Origin: a virus
Taxonomy: Duplodnaviria > Caudoviricetes
Virus record (IMG/VR): IMGVR_UViG_3300048858_000146
Coordinates: 1-48,703 of that record
DNA length: 48,703 nt
Strand: one strand, 5' to 3'
Below are positions 45,117 through 48,703 of the stretch, piece after piece. Every line of letters begins with the position of its first letter. Position 1 is the stretch's first letter. The notes beneath the pieces are model-generated. The model searched no databases, had not been told where the DNA came from, and was given only the letters and a program-made list of their open reading frames with translations. The translations under genes were made by a program, and so were the position numbers.

Positions 45117-46049
45117 TCACGAGATATTGACCGGGTCATGAAATTCCCCCTTCTCGATCGGATCGGACAGGTAGACTTCTGACAGGTCGAAAATCGGCCC
45201 TTCAATCACTTCAAAAATTGAAAATCTGTTGCCCCTCAAAATGTCAAAAATACCAGGGCCGAATTGGGCAATTTGCAAAATATGCAATGCAGCGGCGGCG
45301 TTCAGGACGCTTTCCAATGTTCCAAGTGCGAAACTGCCTTCCCGGTCATGCTTAACCTTGTTGTACGCCTCATACCAAGGCAAGGATGATGTTGTAAGCA
45401 GCACATTCCAGTACCTAAACGGCCGAAATTCTAAGCCACCGTAGTCTTTCAGCTTGACGGACCATTCTGTTAACCGCATAGGAGTACAAACCTTTATATA
45501 ATTCCTTGTGGTAAACCTGCCCTTCGCATGCGTTTCCATACCATTAGCATTAAGAACGCCTGCCCAGCAAGCTTCTACCTCCGTGCAGAGAAGAATAAGC
45601 AGCTCCCGTATCCGATGACCGAAGCAGCTAAGGTTTTCCGTCTGAGGCTCCACTACTCGAAACAGGTCCTTAACCTCGGAGAAAAGACTTTCAGCTGCAA
45701 CTATAGACCGCATGTAGACGTCACCGTAAACACTGTGCGGCCTGAGCTTGTCATAGCCCCCAAAAGCGGGCCGGTGCAGGCCTCGCCAGATTCTGGGATG
45801 GTACTGACCCGGCTGGAGTCGCATTTCTTCCCCGCTCTGAATCTGCAGGCGATGTTCCTCAAGACAATTCCTTGCACATGTCAATTCGTCTACATCACGA
45901 CCAACATTATGTTTTGTCTCGTACCAACTTCCGAACTGAGGGATAAAGCATGTAACACTCTCAGCACTGTAGACCACCCAGGCAAAGTCCCCTTTCGTGG
46001 TCTGGAAGCCAAATGTTTTATTCACGCGGGCCCGTCCTAGTGTAGACAA
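45117..46049 (-). CDS. HEPN-like hypothetical protein (moron)
   Basis: Helical, IRELLILLCTEVE and WYEAYNKVKHDR motifs; AT-richer than the backbone; start uncertain. Confidence 0.6.
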   Translation of the reverse strand: MSTLGRARVNKTFGFQTTKGDFAWVVYSAESVTCFIPQFGSWYETKHNVGRDVDELTCARNCLEEHRLQIQSGEEMRLQPGQYHPRIWRGLHRPAFGGYDKLRPHSVYGDVYMRSIVAAESLFSEVKDLFRVVEPQTENLSCFGHRIRELLILLCTEVEACWAGVLNANGMETHAKGRFTTRNYIKVCTPMRLTEWSVKLKDYGGLEFRPFRYWNVLLTTSSLPWYEAYNKVKHDREGSFALGTLESVLNAAAALHILQIAQFGPGIFDILRGNRFSIFEVIEGPIFDLSEVYLSDPIEKGEFHDPVNIS

Positions 46050-46186
46050 ACGATTGCAAACAACAGCGCCAGAATCTTTACGCTTAAAATCTTAATCGGT
46101 AAACGTATTTCCAGTTGGCAGATAAAATTACCATACTACTGGAAACAGTGTCAGGCCCTCGATGCGCATCGCGCGAAGGAATAGAT

Positions 46187-46891
46187 ATGAGTGAAATAAA
46201 GGAACGTCCGATCCTTTTCTCGGCCCCGATGGTGCGCGCCATCTTGGCAGGTCAGAAGACAGTCACTCGACGACAGGTGAAGAAGCAGGCAGCGCTAGAC
46301 TGTTTGGCAGCTGGCTTTGAGCCGTCGTTTCTCGCCTTGACTGGTAACGCTGACCTCTGCCCGTATGGCAAAGCCGGGGACCGTCTGTGGGTGCGGGAGA
46401 CCTGGGGCGTAATCAGCCACGGATTCGACGAACAGGGGAACATGATCGCCTGGGAACCTGACCGGCCGGCCAAGGCGATCCGTGAAATGCGGTTCGGTCA
46501 GGGCTATTACTCTGGACACGTCATCTATGCCGCAGACGGCCCCGCCGAATGGGCGGGTGACGATGATGGTGGCGGTGACCCTCGCTCCGCATGGAAACCA
46601 TCGATTCACATGCCGCGCGCCGCCAGCCGCATCCTGCTGGAGATCACCGGCGTAAGAGTCGAGCGCCTGCAGGACATCAGCCGCAGCGACATCCGAGCCG
46701 AAGGTCTTGTGTGTCCGCCCGAACTGGCCAGCGATGACGTTTCGCCGAACTACCGTGACTGGTATCCAGCGGCGTGGCGAGAGCTTTGGGAGTCCATCAA
46801 CGGCGCTGGCAGTTGGATGGCCAACCCGTGGGTCTGGGTCGTAGAGTTCAAGCGTGTTACACCTGACCTACCTGGGACTGAGCACAAATAA
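46187..46891 (+). CDS. ASCH/PUA-like conserved phage protein
   Basis: ERPILFSAPMVRAILAGQKTVTRR...GDRLWVRETW...WKPSIHMPR...NPWVWVVEF. Confidence 0.82.
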   Translation: MSEIKERPILFSAPMVRAILAGQKTVTRRQVKKQAALDCLAAGFEPSFLALTGNADLCPYGKAGDRLWVRETWGVISHGFDEQGNMIAWEPDRPAKAIREMRFGQGYYSGHVIYAADGPAEWAGDDDGGGDPRSAWKPSIHMPRAASRILLEITGVRVERLQDISRSDIRAEGLVCPPELASDDVSPNYRDWYPAAWRELWESINGAGSWMANPWVWVVEFKRVTPDLPGTEHK

Positions 46892-47086
46892 TGGCTCGCC
46901 GCGATCCGTGGTGCAGATGCCGTGTTGCAAGCGGCCGAGGTATCGTTCATGCATTGAGTAGACCGCATCCCCTTTGATGCGAAACACAACCGCGCTTTGG
47001 TGCCGGACACAACCGTCCCCACCCAGGCGTCCCAGCTCAACGCGGTTTTGCCCATAGGCGATCCAGCCTATCTGACAGACGTCCAT
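46868..47086 (-). CDS. Small hypothetical protein (moron)
   Basis: ATG with GGAGG RBS; MDVCQIGWIAYGQNRVELG... Confidence 0.45.
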   Translation of the reverse strand: MDVCQIGWIAYGQNRVELGRLGGDGCVRHQSAVVFRIKGDAVYSMHERYLGRLQHGICTTDRGEPLFVLSPR

Positions 47087-47246
47087 TGTCCCTCCTACTC
47101 CGTCAACAACTCCCCGGCATCCGGCCGCGGGCAGAACTGACACAACTCATGCGAGCAATGCAGGTGGAAGCGTAGATCGTCTTCCGTGCGCCGCAATGCA
47201 TCTTAACCTTCAATTTTAGGCCTTCCGACAACCGGCGGGCGGAGCT

Positions 47247-47654
47247 ATGCCTATGGCAAATAAAAGCGCAGCCCTGGCAGCGCCGATCTTGCCCCGGTTC
47301 ATCCGGGCAGGTGAGGCCTACGGGTATCTCGGCATGTGCCGGGATGAATTCAACAAGACCGTGCGCCCGAACGTGCGGGAATTCCCGATCGGGAAACAGG
47401 GTGTCGGGTTTGATCGCCTGGAGCTGGATGCGTGGGCCGATGCCTACGTCGAGAGCAAGGCGATTGAAAAGGCAGCCAATCAGGACAACAATCAGCCCCG
47501 CAGTGGGCGCCAAGGAGTCAGTAAATGGCGCGAAAGACAATGTCCGGCCTCTACGAGCGGAACGGGATATGGCACATCGACAAGGTCGTCCGAGGTCACC
47601 GACTTCAAGAAAGCACTGGATCGAGCGAAAGGCAGGAAGCCGAGCAGTACCTGA
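47247..47654 (+). CDS. Excisionase-like DNA-binding protein
   Basis: PRFIRAGEAYGYLGMCRDEF...FDRLELDAWAD; overlaps the int 5' end. Confidence 0.68.
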   Translation: MPMANKSAALAAPILPRFIRAGEAYGYLGMCRDEFNKTVRPNVREFPIGKQGVGFDRLELDAWADAYVESKAIEKAANQDNNQPRSGRQGVSKWRERQCPASTSGTGYGTSTRSSEVTDFKKALDRAKGRKPSST

Positions 47655-48703
47655 TTCATCGGCTTGAGAGTTTGAGGCAGGAAAAGGTTTACGGGGTGCG
47701 CCAGGTGAGAACCTGGCGCGAAGCGGCGACGAGGTTTCTGGTCGAGTTCGGGCATCAGGCGTCGATTGGGCTGTCAGCTATTCACATTGAACAGCTGGAC
47801 CCCTATATCGGCGACTTGCCTATCACCCACGTCGATGACGGGACGCTGGCCCAGTTCATAAAGGACAGGAAGAAGCCAACCAAAACCGCTGATGGGAAAG
47901 TGAAACCCGGCGTAGCTAACCGAACCATCAATATTTCGCTGCAGCGTGTAGTCAGGATTCTCAACCTGTGTGCTCGAAAATGGCGGGACGCGGAAAAGCG
48001 GCCATGGTTGGACTCGGTGCCGATGATCACCATGCTGGAGGAAAAGAACAGCAGTCGGAAGCCCTACCCGCTTTCTTGGGATGAACAATCGGTTCTGTTC
48101 GCAGAGCTGCCAGCGCATCTCCAGAAGATGGCAATGTTCAAGGTCAACACGGGTTGCCGGGAGCAGGAGGTTTGCAAGCTGCGGTGGGATTGGGAGATCC
48201 CAGTGCCTGAGCTCAATACCAGCGTGTTCCTGATCCCCTATAGCTTTGGCGGCAGGAACGAGAAGTCCGGGGTGAAGAACGGCGAAGACCGGCTTGTTGT
48301 TTTGAATGGGGTAGCCAAGTCTGTAGTTGACGGGCAGCGTGGGCAGAGCACGGAGTGGGTTTTTCCATACAAAGACTCAGCGCTGCATCGTATGAACGAC
48401 ACGGCCTGGAAGAAGGCGAGGATTCGAGCGGGGAAAGTGTGGCAGGAAAAGTTTCTGAGGCCAGCCCTGCCAGGATTTGTATCGATCAGGGTTCACGACC
48501 TGAAGCACACCTTTGGCAGAAGGTTGCGCGCAGCAGGCGTGTCCCTTGAGGATCGACGGGCATTACTTGGACACAAGAACGGAAGCGTGACGAGCCACTA
48601 TTCTACCGCAGAACTGGGGCAACTCATTGAGGCGGCGAATAAGGTGTCGATAACGGACTCTCGCGGTCCGGCGCTGACAGTGCTCAGGCGGAAAACGGGA
48701 TGA
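47525..48703 (+). CDS. int: Tyrosine integrase
   Basis: NTGCREQE, HDLKH, LLGH...VTSHY catalytic motifs. Confidence 0.95.
   Translation: MARKTMSGLYERNGIWHIDKVVRGHRLQESTGSSERQEAEQYLIHRLESLRQEKVYGVRQVRTWREAATRFLVEFGHQASIGLSAIHIEQLDPYIGDLPITHVDDGTLAQFIKDRKKPTKTADGKVKPGVANRTINISLQRVVRILNLCARKWRDAEKRPWLDSVPMITMLEEKNSSRKPYPLSWDEQSVLFAELPAHLQKMAMFKVNTGCREQEVCKLRWDWEIPVPELNTSVFLIPYSFGGRNEKSGVKNGEDRLVVLNGVAKSVVDGQRGQSTEWVFPYKDSALHRMNDTAWKKARIRAGKVWQEKFLRPALPGFVSIRVHDLKHTFGRRLRAAGVSLEDRRALLGHKNGSVTSHYSTAELGQLIEAANKVSITDSRGPALTVLRRKTG

Larger units (their letters stand above)
1..48703. mobile_element. Lambdoid temperate phage/prophage (siphovirus-type), partial: tail tip to integrase
   Basis: Complete lambdoid gene order: J-I-K-L-M-H tail, head, terminase, holins, nin, replication, cro/cI switch, recombination, xis/int. 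Confidence 0.97.

Noticed and set aside
43604-46049. Methyltransferase plus downstream ORFs as a type II R-M system
   Set aside because: The MTase is in the phage early operon with backbone-like composition; the neighbours are antisense, separated by a cassette repeat, and lack a recognisable restriction-nuclease motif
1-48703. CRISPR array, tRNA, IS element, reverse transcriptase/DGR, att site
   Set aside because: No regularly spaced repeats, cloverleaf, transposase or RT motifs seen by eye; att would lie beyond the int stop at the window edge

Overview
The window is most of a lambdoid (siphovirus-type) temperate phage or prophage, probably from Pseudomonas. The host is inferred from the GC-rich backbone and gene families and is not proven. 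The minus strand carries the late and early-right operons: cro, RHH/cII-position genes, rha, O/P-like replication, HNH, ninB/ninG, a Q-position regulator, com, two holins, terminase, DUF4055 portal, head, neck, tail tube, G/GT chaperones, tape measure, M, L, K, I and J (J is cut by the window start). The plus strand carries cI and the early-left operon: Sak4-like ATPase, SSB-like protein, Gp157, a DNA methyltransferase, an ASCH-like protein, a xis-like gene and an integrase ending at the last base. No endolysin, spanin or att site is visible. The main accessory loads are as follows. (i) A three-gene STAS/GHKL-kinase + STAS(DUF4325-like) + membrane-anchored protein operon in the rexAB position after cI, a candidate phosphorylation-switch anti-phage system. 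(ii) A ~6 kb insertion between tail genes K and I holding a P22 immI-like antirepressor module plus DUF2971, NYN and BRCT morons; the NYN gene has a structured RNA leader. (iii) Three cis-antisense sRNA units with a similar layout. (iv) Repeat-bounded moron cassettes and a HEPN-like gene in the early-left arm. (v) A ~600 nt highly structured pL leader with a perfect boxA and no N-like ORF. All family assignments come from motif recognition by eye; no database searches were run.
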